Assembly: GCA_964658305.1 (NCBI GenBank)
Contig: OZ210884.1
Span: 1,612,001-1,676,000 of the forward strand
Direction of reading: 5' to 3'
DNA length: 64,000 nt
Origin: Leptogorgia sarmentosa
Lineage: Eukaryota
Shown: positions 1 to 13,528 of the stretch, one piece after another
Layout: each line of letters starts with the position of its first letter
Numbering within the stretch: the first letter of the stretch is position 1
Translations under genes and position numbers: made by a program
Notes under the pieces: generated by a model
Seen by the model: only the letters and a program-made list of their open reading frames with translations
Database searches by the model: none
What the model was told of the DNA's origin: nothing

Positions 1-97
1 TGGCACGTGATATGGTTTTGTTTTTTGGTTTTCTCGCAAAGCAAGAAAATTCAACTACGACACTTGCTATATAACAATGTCGGCTTTTGTCTTACAG

Positions 98-3000
98 AGT
101 GAATGCTGTGGAAACCTATCCCTATCCAACGTTGTATTCAGATATCCAACACGATGTAGTTATAAAGTGTTACGTCATTTTTATATGAAGATCCAATCGG
201 GGCAGACTGTAGCCTTGGTAGGCTCAAGTGGTTGTGGAAAGACCACATTATTGTCACTTGTTGCGCGATTTTATGACGTCAATAGCGGAAATGTGGTAAG
301 CAAGTATTTATAATTACATACATAGTGTTCTGCTGTCGCGATAGCAATGACGTATAATAAAATTTGATTTAATTTTTTATTTCATTTCACTATTGCGGTT
401 AATAACTTCCTAATTAAAGTTCAATTAGCAACAAAAATCCTATTTTTCATTTGAAAGGAAGTCTACAAAGAACTTCAGGTCTTATTGCAATTTTTTCATA
501 TCCTGTTGAAAGTTTTCGTTCGACTGAAAAACTGTTTTGTCTTCCGACTTGGAATTAAGTCCTAGTCTCATTATTAACTATTGTTCAGTTTGTTCTGATC
601 ACCTCATGGCGTTAGCTTTATGTGGAGAAAGCGTTCCTTTTGAATTTTCTTCGTTAGTCAGAAGTAAGTAAGTCCTCAGTCAGAAGTAAGCAAGCCGTTG
701 TAAAACCTCATTGAAGACATTAAGATGACCACATGATAACGAAAGGTGACCACAAGTAAATATATGTTATTTACCGGCTGGGAAGTTCAGATAGAAACAT
801 ATTTTGTCGAGGTCTCATATTTTGTCCAGATTTTTCTATCCGGACCGACCTAAAGGATAAATACCGGATTTGTCTTTTCTTTTTTAATTCACATGTTACT
901 ATAGGGATCTCACTCTTTGTATTGACCTAAAAAATTCGTATTGTAACTGTTATGGGCATCCTACATATATTCGCAGGAATATTTGCAATTTTATGCTAGT
1001 CAGAATAGCGAGCAAATTTTTTTACGGTTTTAAATTTCTAAGCAGCCAATCAGGTTCTAAAAGAATTACGAAACAATGTCGGTTCAATGTATTCAATTTC
1101 AACGGAATAAATTTTCCATTAAATCTACCAAAATATGTAGCCGGGAGCTTTATGTGTAGCTCGAAATTTTTAATAGAATTTACAATTTGTTGGGAGAGGT
1201 GGGAATTATAATCCAGGTCATGAAGGTAGAAATATCCAGGGTTCTGACCATAATAAGGAGCATGCAACCGCGTACTGTTTCTTGGGGCTTTTCTGCTAGT
1301 ACCAACTACCAACTCCCGCTGGTGCAGGAAAATATTGGACCTAAACTTTACCAGTTACAGCTGGAGTTCTCCAGGAAACTAAGTTAGCCCCGCGGTTGTT
1401 CGTTGTTATGTTCCAGGATATTCCAACCTCAAAATTGTAGAGATATCTTCATGGCACGTCATGAGGATGGTTACTATCAGTGGCGTAACGCAACCGCTGC
1501 TAGCTCCCAGTACACGGCCCTTTGTACCCTACCCCTACCCCCACCGCCCCCCAGCTTTGCTTCATTAAAAATAATAATATAGGTTCAATTTACAACTTCT
1601 GGCTACACAATGGCGATCTTGACTAACTTTGCACGTATTTGTTTGACTTGCAAGCCACGCAGCATTGTTTCTTTGTTGTTTGTCGTAAAATTATAATATA
1701 ATATCATTAAATAAGCAACCCAGCAACCGCTAGCTTCCAATCTGTCTGTTTTTCGTAGTGCAATTCCCCAGAAATTTGCTCTCAGTAGGGTAACAGTTGT
1801 CGGGTTCCCCGTCACATGACGCCCTGACACCCTCCCGTTACGCCAATGGTTACTACAGTATATGATCATGATGCGTGTTTCTCTTTAGCGTATTGACGAC
1901 AATGATATCAAAAATCTAAATTTAAAATGGCTGAGAAATAAGATTGCTGTAGTATCACAAGAACCAGTCTTGTTTGAAATGACTATCAGAGACAACATTG
2001 CTTATGGCGACAATAGAAGAAATATAACCAACGAAGAAATTATTGAAGCTGCTAGATTGGCAAACATTCACGAGTTTATCCTGACTCTTCCAAAGGTGAG
2101 CAACTGGCATGAAAATTCCAGAATACGGTGCAGTCAATACTACAATACGTAAAAATGGTAAAAAAATCACTGTCTTCTCCTAGTTAGATTAATAATTATA
2201 ATTAAGTACCCTTTTACCAATTCCACTATAGGTCATCCTAGCTTAGGGATGCCCGAATTTCTCTTTAATGTTGCTCAAAACTTGACCGAAAGTTGCCTAA
2301 AAGTTACCCAAAAATTCAACAAGTTACTGAAAAGTTGATCGAAATTATGTTTGTTTTTATATACCTACTACAAAAAATCCCTAATTTCTCAACATAATTG
2401 TCTTTGTTCACTCTTTGTGACTACCGAGCTCAGTTTAATTTGTTGAAATGAGTGTAGCCTAAACACAACAATCAATGCTTAAAAACAGACTGTGGCACTG
2501 TCCTAGAAGGGCTGACAAATTGCAACATGCATATGAGCAAAAAATCTAAACTGTTTAATTTCCTGGAAGGAGGCTTCGATTTTATTCTATGCATGCTTTA
2601 GCCAAAGCAAGTTCTTTACGAACTTGACGCTGGAGGTCCGTGTACAAATCGAACCAATTTCATCCATAAAAGGTGATATTTTTTTCATGGTGATATTTTT
2701 TTTTGGCGATATTTTTATCATTCTGCAGGGCTATGACACAATGCTTGGAGACAAAGGAAAGCTCTTATCAGGAGGTCAAAAGCAAAGAATTGCCATTGCG
2801 CGGGCATGGTGCGAGACCCAAAAATACTTTTGCTAGACGAAGCCACTTCCGCATTAGATCGTGAAAGTGAGAAGGTACAAATATATTCAACGATGGGCAA
2901 CTTGCGCTTTCTTGAATCGAATTTTTGTTCTGGGGTTAAAGAAGGGATCGGATTTCCTGCAGAAAGAAGTTATAGAAATGAGAAAATTAAAACTACAAAG

Positions 3001-3439
3001 TTGGATTGTGAAATGTGGAGTCACATTAAATTGGTGCCATTCTAAAATAGTATCTCATATGGTGTCGACTACTCCCCACGTTCGCCAATAACCTGTGCGT
3101 TGCCCAATACATTCGGGCGCAAATCTACAAGTCCAGGTGTTTTGAGCGCCTCTACTCAGCACGGGGTATACTCAATCATTTGTAATCTCTCCCATTTGTG
3201 TCTTCAAATACATTTTCTTTCTACAGGTCGTTCGACGAGCTTTGACAAAGGCGTGCGTTGGAAGAACAACTTTAATCATTGCTCACCACCTGTCAAGCAT
3301 CCAGCATGCAAACGCCATCATTGTAATGAGGAAAGGAAAAGTTGCAGAATGCGGTACTCATAGTGAACTCCTGGCAATGAAAGGAATATATTATGCTTTA
3401 TATAAAGCTCAATCATTGATCGGACGTTCTTCTAAATAA
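98..3439 (+). CDS. ABCB1: ABCB/MDR P-glycoprotein-like transporter, last four exons (C-terminal nucleotide-binding domain); 5' part lies outside the window; apparent 1-nt frameshift near 2806
   Basis: GT-AG exons 98-295, 1889-2095, 2729-2874, 3227-3439 encode Walker [11 protein letters not shown]-loop VSQEPVLF, signature [13 protein letters not shown], Walker [13 protein letters not shown] and H-loop IIAHHLS. The symbol is subfamily-level; exact orthology is not established. Confidence 0.9.
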
Positions 3440-3449
3440 AGCCTATTTA

Positions 3450-3843
3450 CAGTGGCGGTTCAAGGGGGGGGGGGGGGGTGGGGGGGGGGCACTATATAGG
3501 CAGGTGTCAGGGGCCCCGCGGTTTTGGGTTAGGGTTAGGCGCGTAGCAACTGTTGTCACAAATGTGGAAACTGCGCTGAGAATCTACATCACCATTATAG
3601 TCAGTTGATACGTTCACTCGGCCTGTCAAAGCTGAGAAACAGTTTAGTTTCTAGAAAAGTTCCTTTTTTGCAAAACACTTTGGTAGAAACGTTGTTTGTA
3701 AGTGCTACTATTTTGGTTATAAAATTTCTCAGATTTTTACAGTGCAAAGTCTTTTTTCTGCGGCGGGATGGGGAGGGGGTTATCAACCAAGGGCCCAACC
3801 AATGTTCCTGCCAGGGATCCCGCGCGAGCTTGATCTGCCCCTG
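3450..3843. mobile_element. hAT-like MITE just downstream of the ABCB stop codon
   Basis: Ends CAGTGGCGGTTCAAG...CTTGATCTGCCCCTG; near-perfect 8-bp TSD CCTATTTA/CGTATTTA; inverted related copy at 14055-14353. Confidence 0.7.
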
Positions 3844-4684
3844 CGTATTTAACAATTCGTACACAAGTGGTCAAACTAGGTGTAAGCAAAACATTGCTGT
3901 GGAAACATTTGGGGTGAATTGATCTAAAATATTGCTTACACGAGGTACCATCATGCACGTTTCTCGGGGTAGGCAAACTGGGAAACATTGACAGGAAGCA
4001 AAATGTTTCCGCGAACGCGAAATGTTTTCGGGCTTTAGTTCTTGAAGTATATTGTCCAACATCAATTACATCATGATGATTACATTGCAAAGATAGCGTC
4101 GTTAAAATGACAACAGATTTAGAATTGTCGTAAGCTTTTAAAACATGCTTTCAAAAAGGCTACAACTTTTTCCTAGCGAGTTGTATGGAACTGTCCTAGC
4201 GAGTTGTAGGCCTACATTGTACAATTTGAGGTGTATAAGCGCATCGCTTGCCACAGCCTAGTTGTAAGCAGAAGTTGAACAGTGTTAGCCGGCCTTTGGA
4301 AGGCTCGTGCTTACAGCAATGCACGCCAAAATGTGAAGGAGTTTTGAAATGGGCGGTTCTAAATTTTTCTTAGGATGATCACTGCTTTCATCGGCGCATT
4401 TCTGAAGACACACAATGATCGCCCCCCCCCCCCACCTCCCCCCTCCTCCCTCCTCCCTCCACTACCACCCCTGATTGTCCTGAGGTAAAATGGAAGCAAT
4501 ACACTTATACTTTGAACTGAAATTACAAACGTTGTTTTCTGGTATGAAACCAAAGTAAACTCTTCAAATAATGCATTGCAGGAATTTCTAAGATGTGCCC
4601 AATTGATATAGGGTACACTTGGATTTATTTTTTGAAAAGTATTCAGAGTAAACCAAATTATGCCTCCTTTATTATTTCATACAC

Positions 4685-4895
4685 ACGTTTGTTCGTTTTG
4701 TTAATGTCCTTATTCGTGTTCTTGTACGTGTAACCCGCGTTTGTGTTGTCCGTTTGTTCGTGTTCTTACAGAACGTGCTGCCCGAATCCGTACTGTTATA
4801 AGTGTTCGTGTTCTTTGCGTTTGTTGCTTTCCGTATCTGTGTTGTCTATGTCCGTGTTGTACGTGTCCAACTTGTCCGTGTCTGTGTTTTGCAGA
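4685..4895. repeat. Low-complexity GTTCGT/GTCCGT-rich degenerate repeat
   Basis: Recurring GTCCGT, GTTCGT and GTGTT words. Confidence 0.5.
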
Positions 4896-5319
4896 TAACA
4901 ATTCAAGCACCCTTTGAGCGTTGTGATTTAGTCTGCGTGATGTTTTTTTAAAATTTGTGCAAAAGGAGTGACGAGAAATGAATGTACGGATGAATGCACT
5001 GTGGCAATGACAGATTGACAGTCGGCCAAACTCAGACAAAATCCTAATATAAATTTGAATAAATCTTTCAAAGTATCTTAAATCTTGGTCTCCAAACCAT
5101 TGATCTATACTAATACTGGACCGACCATCCTATTGTGTTCAGTTTTGAAGACTCAATTTTGAAGCCGGAATATTGCTAATGAGTTTCGTACTAAGCATCG
5201 TAGCCCAAATATACACTTGTATTTTAATGAAAATGTATCTTTGAATGTCGTAGCACAAAGTATCCAGAGGTTCAACTTCATTAATTATGCGTACCCCTTG
5301 CTTACCCAGTGCGCTAAAG

Positions 5320-5533
5320 CACAGTATACCTATACAGTAGTCCAACTCATTGTTTTTTTGTAAGCTGTAAACGTCACTCAGCAAGTGCCCTAAACAGAGG
5401 CAGTCACCCCCCTGGCAATACTCAAAATGAATAATACTCAGGGGGGTGACTGCCTCTGTTTAGGGCACTTGCTGAGTGACGAATACAGCTTACAAAAAAA
5501 CAATGAGTTGGACTACTGTATAGGTATACTGTG
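5320..5533. mobile_element. Near-fully palindromic foldback MITE, 7-bp TSD
   Basis: CACAGTATACCTATACAGTAGTCC...GGACTACTGTATAGGTATACTGTG with about 95-bp arms; GCTAAAG at 5313-5319 and 5534-5540. Confidence 0.9.
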
Positions 5534-6050
5534 GCTAAAGAGAGGCCTTCTCCCCCCCGACATAAATCAATATGGCGGGTGACTCGAAGCGTGAACAAAA
5601 TTTCCTGTTAAAGTGTTGAAATTGTGTATTTTAAAATAAATTATAGTTATATGAACTCACCGTATTGTCATAAAGTATACTGTTTTAAAATATTGTTAAA
5701 ACGTTTTATTTCTAGTATTGAATCAATACAAGTCCGGTTTACTTACCGCTCTTCATTTTTCGGGAAGCGAAAAAACGATGTTCCTGGTTCTGTCAGCTTG
5801 TTATTATGGCACGTTATAGCCGAGCACCATGTTGTTCCATGCCTGAAAATTTGGTTTTCCTTTTCGCTTTCCATTTTTTTAAAAATTTGTTTTTGTTTTG
5901 AAAAAAATTTAAATGCTTTTAAAATTCAGCTATTTAAGTTTCCCGCAAGCGCTAAATGCTTTCCTTATATGGCAATCATGACCATATATGGCTATTTATG
6001 TCGGGGGGAGAAGGCCTCTCTTTAGCGCACTGGCTAAGCAAGGGGTACGC

Positions 6051-7498
6051 CAACCTCGTTCCCAGGCTCTTGATCCTCTCGCTCCCCGCTTGAGGAAAGA
6101 CCCTGGTCGGGGCTGGTCACGTGATTGACTGGCCTCAGGGGGTGAGGGGAAAGTCTCAAATTACATTTTTCCACTTGAAAACGTTGCATTTCAATAGTAA
6201 GGAGTGAGTAAGGACTTAAATGTTACGAATAATTACATTAGGAACCTGCTTTAACTCGCTTATTAACGTTTTGAATTATACAAGAAAACCATCCAACAAG
6301 AACAAATTTTATCGACACAAGAAATCGAGCAATATCATCATGATATCATCGTGCGCTTCGTCGCAAACCTCAGGCGCCGTTTCAAATTAAAGCGTTTCCG
6401 TATTAATATTCTGTAACACGCCTTTGAATTGTTCCCATGCAGAAACCTTACAAAATTTGTGTTTATTTCCTTGTTTATTGAGACTTATTCTTAAAAACGA
6501 CCCCGGGTGTTTATACACATAGCGCCTTTGGGAAAAATTCACATCTTGGCACAACTGATTGCATGCATGCCAAACATAAACATTTCACTCAATGGCCACA
6601 CAATGTGTTCGCATGTATACAGTACACATGTTCTTTCGAAACCATGCAAGTATATTCACAGTCATTCTTATACAAAGTAAGAATAAAATTACGTATAATA
6701 TTACGATATACAAATTCAAAGAAGTGAAATATCTTTTTACGATTTTTATTGTGCCTGCGCACTGTATTTATGAAGGTAATGAAACAAATATTTCAAATTG
6801 TATTAAACGTATACTCGAGTTTATAAAAATTATAATGTAGCTAAGTTCTACCATATGCATGGAGAGCCTTTGACTTTGCATTCTTGGATAAAACAATGTT
6901 TGATATATACACTTTAAAGCAATTCTTGATCGTTAATATCTTTCATGAAAGTAAAATGGGATATTTTGCGGGTCGAGGTAGGCCATGTTTACAAATAGTC
7001 GGACGCTACACGATTTTCATAAATTCCACATTTACACGTACAGTAAATCCGTTGGGCTTGAGTAATAGACAGGTTGATGCTGACAATTACATATTCCACT
7101 CTGTCTTTTGGTCCTATGTGTATTATATCATAGCTTGTTTATAAATTCTTACGGAGAAAAGTCCTCGCCAAGCGCCTTTGTTGTCTAGTGAAATCTGATC
7201 CAAGTTGTCTCGTTAAATGCAACTTAACACTCATTGTTACACAGGAAGTATTTAATAACAAATATGAATTTTTTTAGTTCTTCTATTTCTAATTTCATGT
7301 TGCAAATATTAATACTATCGTCCGAATCCAGAACACAAGTTGCAATTAAATAAAGCCAAACCAATTCACTCCCCTACCACCCGTCCCTAAGTAAATTGTC
7401 AATTTAGCACCCAAAATCTGGGTGCCACGTGACCAGCCCCGACCAGGGTCTTTCCTCAAGCGGGGAGCGAGAGGATCAAGAGCCTGGGAACGAGGTTG
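6051..7498. mobile_element. Non-autonomous TIR element (CAACCTCGTTCCCAGG ends)
   Basis: About 74-bp TIRs CAACCTCGTTCCCAGGCTC...GAGCCTGGGAACGAGGTTG; GGGGTACGC duplicated at 6042-6050 and 7499-7507. Confidence 0.9.
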
Positions 7499-8664
7499 GG
7501 GGTACGCATAATTAATGAGAAGTTGAACCTCTGGATACTTTGTGGTCGTAGTCTGTCTTACCAGGCGTTACTTATTGTGCCTCTCATCAAATCAACTATG
7601 CACTCACCGACTCTCACGCGCGAACTGCGTGCGAACTGCGTGCGTGAGAGTCAGTGAGTGCATAGTTGATAGAAAGACAGACTACGTACGAACAGACAGA
7701 CTACGACATTCAAAGATACATAATACATTCTCATTATTTTTAAGTTAAATATCATAGTTTGGGCTACTATGGTCTTATATCAATGCTCCAAACGTGATAA
7801 TTCATAATTATCAAATTGAGGCGTAAAAACTAAAATCACATCATTCAAAGAGTGACATTGTGATCTTGGAGCGAATAACTTCCTATAGAGTGGGTCACTA
7901 TTGCGCGGGGTTTTCCCCTGCAATATTGAAGAATATAATTGTTTGTATTTCAGACATACATGAAGGTAACGATTAACGAAGACATTGCAGGAATGAAATT
8001 ACATTATAAGATTCACTTGAAAGCATTCGAAATCTTACTGGAAACCGCAGGAAAATTACAAGGCTATTATCAGGCTATCGGTCTAATTTCAAAGTACAAA
8101 ATTCTGAACTTCCTGCCAGTCAACAAAAGATTGTCTGATGTTATCAATCTTGGGAGAATTACCAGATTGATCAGCTGAGGAAAAAGCCGATAGGTGCTTA
8201 AACGATTCCTAAGCAAGCTTCACGACAGAACTGTGGCTACTAACCGCACTTCAAAACCGAGGAATCTATAATTTCTGATAATAATTCTGTATTTCATCCA
8301 ACCGAGATATCGGATTGTTTAACACGTGCGGACGCACGCTGATAAATATTATGCAAGTATTAAAAATACACGTGTTCTTATCTGTTGTTTATAAAAATAC
8401 GAACGAGTTATTGGAGAGCTTATAATTTTCTCTCTTCTGGTGATAGTTAAGTAGAAATACTGCCATTCCCATTCAAGGGAATGCAAACTTTGTACACGAT
8501 CGGACAAAGTTCAAAGCGCTAGCGTTGTTTATTTATATGTAAACTTCTCGAGGACGTCACGTGCGTTTGTTGTGAAGTAAAGTATAAAGTTACACTGACA
8601 CTTGGGGCAAAGTCTCTGTGGCAATTGGCAAAGTCGAGTTCACCGCTTCAAAATTGTTTAAGAA

Positions 8665-11600
8665 ATGCCGGCGTTGAGCAATTGTCGTCGTTGCATTTAT
8701 CTCAGCACTGAGAATGTCCGCTTTTGGTCGTGTAGATCGAATGGAAATCGATTTGCAAAGGTATTTAATATTGTGTTGTTTGTTACTGTATATAATTATA
8801 TTTTATAGGTTTCACGACGAGCTATTATTTATTCATTTGCGATGTCCCTGCGGTTGGTTTTCCCATACATTGGGAAATATCGTTGGGGCCGCAAAATGAT
8901 GTCAAATGCATATTTTATACGGGGTTTTTTTGACAAAATAAATATGTTGACGTATAAACAGTAACACCACGTAACAAACACGAATTGTACAATTTTATTT
9001 TAGGTTTTTATGTTATTATACTCTTCATGAATATTAAATATTCACATAAAACTGCTCTGTTTAAGTGTAGGTACAGTGTATTTGAAATCCCAATGAATTG
9101 CACCTTAGTTTACACAAAAGTTAAAAAAAGTCTCTTTGAGTTTGAGGTATATATTTGCAGCTTAATTCAGAGATAATCACAGCATGGATGTTGAATATTG
9201 AAATGGTGAATGATATAAGTACTGTTTTACCTGACTGCTTTTCCAATTTTGGTGTTATGCAGTATTTTAGTGGTGCCTATTTATTTAAATAACGAAGCTG
9301 TACAAATGGTGTATCTCATTTGCTATTTTTCTATTAAACAACATGTAATTCTTGAAGCTGAACAATAGTCAAATGTATGAGAACTTTGAATCTTTATTAG
9401 CCAGTTCCCACTCAGGATATTTTCAAGCATTTATAAGTTTGTTGTATATAAACAAGTTCTATTTTAGTGTGAGTTTATATAATATTACCATGTCATGACA
9501 GTATTCATGTAAAAAAAAAGCTGACTGTCAGTATACGTCAGACACCTATTTACTGTAAGCTACAAAGGTACAAAATGAAAAAGCTGTACACACTTTGTAT
9601 ACATATAGTGTGCATGTTTTGCAATTCCGACAGGACATGTCCTGCTCACAATTTTTCATGTTGAAGCAAAGCTTGTTTTGTTAAATATAGTTGTAATTAA
9701 TCTCACCTGCTTCCATTAATAAACAACACAAAATCCTTGAAGTTTATCTGAATGCCAGTTCCCATTTTTTAAAGCATTTGTTTATTGTACATACATGAAC
9801 TGTATGATTTTATTCTGGGTTTATATTACTGGGTATATTATCTATTGAATAATTTTTGGGATGGATCTAATTGCAACACTAAATGCATCTCTCCCATGAT
9901 AACAAATTTCATTATGTGGCCAGTGTGGGTAGTAGATGCCAACATCAACAAGCAGCAAGTTTGCTACTCACACTAAACAATACAAACAGATTTTTTGATT
10001 GATTCTCAGCACCAAGCAGTTTTACATAGAACATACAGAAACTTTGTTGGGGAATCCTTTAATGAATAACCGAAGTAGAAGAAGATCGCCCTATTAAAAA
10101 TTGATAGCGACATTGACAGTCCCCCGCCACTTTATTATCAATATTACTATCAGACATATTAAAAGGAAAAGGATACTGACACATGATTATAAACAATAGT
10201 ATCTTGCTGCATATTTCTATGTTGGATATCCTATAGCCAGATAATAATATTGTTATATATTGATCAGTATCCAAGTTGATGTTATTTTATCCCTTATCCA
10301 CACTTGTGGTATAAAACCTCATTCATGAGCAGCTGAAGTGCTTTCCCTTGATCAGTAATATTGCCTGCAATCATACAAAGTAATACAGTATGTCATAAAG
10401 TAGTCTGTGGCGGAGAGATAATCTGACATGTTGTTGTGAATTACCTGATCTCCTGATATGCAGATACAGTAGCTATACGTACATACTGAGTGGATGTGAA
10501 AATGACTATCTGGCATAGTAATCCTTTACCAGCACACAATTTTAAGAAACATAAGAAAAAACCTACTCCGAAGAATAATGCCGTCTTGTACGACTTGTAA
10601 ACTCATTGTCCTGGATAGGGGGGGCATTTTGAGTGGACACCAAGGTATTAAGTTTAAACAAGACACAAAAATTGTAGTGATATTTCGACTGTATTTCAAA
10701 GTCCTTATCATACCTGATTGATCTGGCATAATACAGACAAAGTTACGTAGTATGGACTCTGCTATAATTAATCATACTTTGAGAACTTTCCATTATTTTT
10801 TCGTCCCAACCCCGACGATTTTTTAAACGTTAACTATTGAAGATTCACTGGGGAATGTGCCATCCTGCCAAAAGCACTGTTCATGACTGATGAGTGGCAT
10901 TTAGATTAGGCATTTTTTAATGCTAACTGATATGGCAATTATCGTAGCTACAGTGTAGTTCATCGTCCGCATCACTACATTTTTTCTCTTGCAACAATGT
11001 GCGTTTAAATACAATGAGTTACAGAGATCCATGTGCAGAACAAAATGATGGTTATATATTGGTCAAACAAATCGTTAATCTGGTTCAGCATTTCATCCAG
11101 CTAATGTTATGTTAGTTCTTGTCCGTTGATTTAATTAGTGGTGATATGAAAACCTATGTTAATGAATGAGTGAAACGTTTAAACAACGTACATATAGCTA
11201 CCAGTGTTTATTTCATAGTACCTTCAGGCAACAATCTTCAATCCAACAATCCCTTCAATCGTCCTGAATTCAACTTTGTTTCGAATCTACGACCACAAAA
11301 TACGGTATCTGGTCGTTTCGTCCCCTAACCGTTTCGTCCCGTTTGTGCCGTTGTTATTTAAAGATTTTTCTTACTCTCTCAAATTGTTTTTAGTGGCTAG
11401 GGTTGGAATGCTACGGTTAGGGTCAGATTTAGGTTTGGGACTGGTTTATTTTGTGAAAATTACGTTCCAAATGGGACGAAACGGTAGGGACGAAACGGTA
11501 GGGGACGAAACGGTTACGGGACGAAACGACCAAAATACCATTCATATTAACGGACAATGTAACACTCCCCTCGGCCAATTAGATTTGAAAATTTATTGTT

Positions 11601-13066
11601 TCGTTTCTTGTAATTAAATTTAATTATTTGTATAATGAAACTGGTATTTTTAAACAGGGAAAGTGTCATCTCGGTAAACGGCATTTGTCTACAAGCACTC
11701 CAAAATATGGAGTACTCGAACGCATGCCTGCAAAGGAGAAGTTCTCCGGGGATCCTACGCAACCCTTAGCCGTCGTTTATGGCTGGCTGTTAGCGAAGAG
11801 TCGTCATCTGGAAAAATTTGGTCAGTTTTATAACAATCATGGAGCGGACGTAGTCACTGTCAAGCCCAATGTCACTGAGGTACGTTCATTTCGTTTTCTC
11901 TATTGGCTTATTCCCATGCACAATCTGCGGGCATCGTGAACCGTTTGTGTTGGGGTGTTAAATATTTTCATTTTACAGACGAGTATGATCGTAAATAGCA
12001 GAAGACCGTATCTTATCCTCACAACTGCCATGGTTAACGCCGAGCGAGAGGATTTTGAACATTTAGATCAACTGCAACATTGCCGGAAACCACTATTTCA
12101 GAGTCTTAAATCTATCTTTTTTTCGGACTGAGTTAGTGAGTTCTCCTGACGATGATGATAGTTTACCAACAGAAACAATGAACAGATCAATGTATCGACA
12201 GATTTACCAAATTAGGGAGGTGTGATACCACCCCTCTTTACACAATTTGCGTCGACGTTATTTCTCTGTTGGGAAGCACGTGACTTTCTATGCTTGAACT
12301 TAAATCTCACGACGAGCAACTAAACAACTTGTGCAGGATCTTTCTTAGTGTCTGAGTGGTTGTAGCAAGCTAAACTGAACGGTGACACATCCATCGAGAC
12401 TTGAAATATCTGTAACTCTTAAAATGTCTCTAATGGTGCTGAAAATCTCCATTTCAGGTCCTCCGCCCAAAGAAAGCTGAAGAACTGGCTGGTAAACTAC
12501 TCGATATCGTGCAATCACCTGGCAATAGGGAGAGACCGATCCTCATTCACGGTTTCTCTGTCGGAGGCTACCTGTACGGTCAGACACTCAACCACATTGT
12601 CACGGATTCCAAATACTCGTCAGTACGAGATCGCATCATCGGCCAAATATTCGATAGTCCCGTGGACTTCGACAACATACCGTTCGGCATTTCGAACGCT
12701 GCGACAGACAATGCCATGTTGAGAAACACGATGAGGTTGAGCATTCAGTCTTACTTCAAACTTACGCAAAAACATACCGTGGATAAATTCGTCGCAAGGT
12801 CGAAGCTGTTTCTCAGCAACCCAGTTCGAGCTCCCGCCTTGGTACTGTTTTCCAACGACGACCCCGTCGCCTTACCGGAGGCATGCGAACGGTGCGTGAC
12901 GCAATGGCGAGATCTCGGAATGGACGTGACGGCCAAGAAATGGGACAGCTCTCCGCACGTGTCGCATTTCTATAAACACCGGGAAGAATACATGGAACTG
13001 TTGATGGAATTCTTGAAAAAAGTTGGTATCGTTGAGCCAATGGTGCAATCTCCGAGAATGCCCTAG
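8665..13066 (+). CDS. TMEM53: TMEM53-like / DUF829 alpha-beta hydrolase-fold protein, about 308 aa
   Basis: Exons 8665-8760 (tentative), 11658-11879, 12458-13066 join in frame. Motifs LAVVYGWLLAKSRHLEKF, ILIHGFSVGGY, GQIFDSP, ALVLFSNDDPV and WDSSPHVSHF are typical of DUF829. Confidence 0.8.
11304..11539. mobile_element. MITE with GGTCGTTTCGTCCC TIRs and subterminal repeats
   Basis: GGTATCTGGTCGTTTCGTCCC at left; repeated GGGACGAAACGG and ACGACCAAAATACC at right. Confidence 0.7.
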
Positions 13067-13321
13067 TGGACTTTAAAGAAAAGTTGCTAATTAATGGACC
13101 GATTGCGTAACGAGGAATTTTTTGGAATATATTGCGCAATTCGTTACGACAGCGTTAAAGAGCATCCCAAATTTAGTACCTTTTCTCGGTAGTGGTATCA
13201 ATTTCCTGCGCGTAATACAAAAATATACAAACTTTGGAAACTTTACAGGGCAAATTTTTCGCGTTTTACAACGTTTCACAATCAGACTTTGCAGTCTTAC
13301 TAACTTTACGATGCTTACTAA

Positions 13322-13528
13322 AGCCCGTTTTCCACTCGCGAAAATTTCCGCCACCGAAAAATTCAATTCGCTGTTCTTTGGCGCTATCTGCGGAAGGTCA
13401 GACAAATTAAAGTTGAAAGTTTTCAACAACTGGAGATGTCGAACATTTTTTTCACAAGCAAATAAATGTAGAAAAATGATTTTTCTGTCAAATATTTTCG
13501 TGTCGACTATCGAGTGGAAAACGGGCTT
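13322..13528. mobile_element. Tourist/PIF-Harbinger-like MITE inserted in an older dispersed repeat
   Basis: TIR AGCCCGTTTTCCACTCG...CGAGTGGAAAACGGGCT flanked by TAA-like triplets; the host repeat resembles 16890-17100, 27345-27960 and 31810-32070. Confidence 0.7.

Larger units (their letters stand above)
5254..7544. mobile_element. Long-TIR non-autonomous DNA transposon (CAC..GTG ends, 7-bp TSD; possibly P superfamily) carrying two nested insertions
   Basis: Starts CACAAAGTATCCAGAGGTTCAAC, ends GTTGAACCTCTGGATACTTTGTG; GTCGTAG duplicated at 5247-5253 and 7545-7551; arms match once the insertions are removed. Confidence 0.85.

Noticed and set aside
3525..3540. TTAGGG telomere-like units
   Set aside because: Only about two units, inside a MITE.
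4710..5039. 109-aa His/Arg/Gln-rich ORF
   Set aside because: Translation of low-complexity repeat with no recognisable domain or splice context.
5320..5533. CACAGT terminus resembling a RAG recombination signal heptamer
   Set aside because: TSD is 7 bp rather than 5, no correctly placed nonamer, and no RAG/Transib coding sequence nearby.
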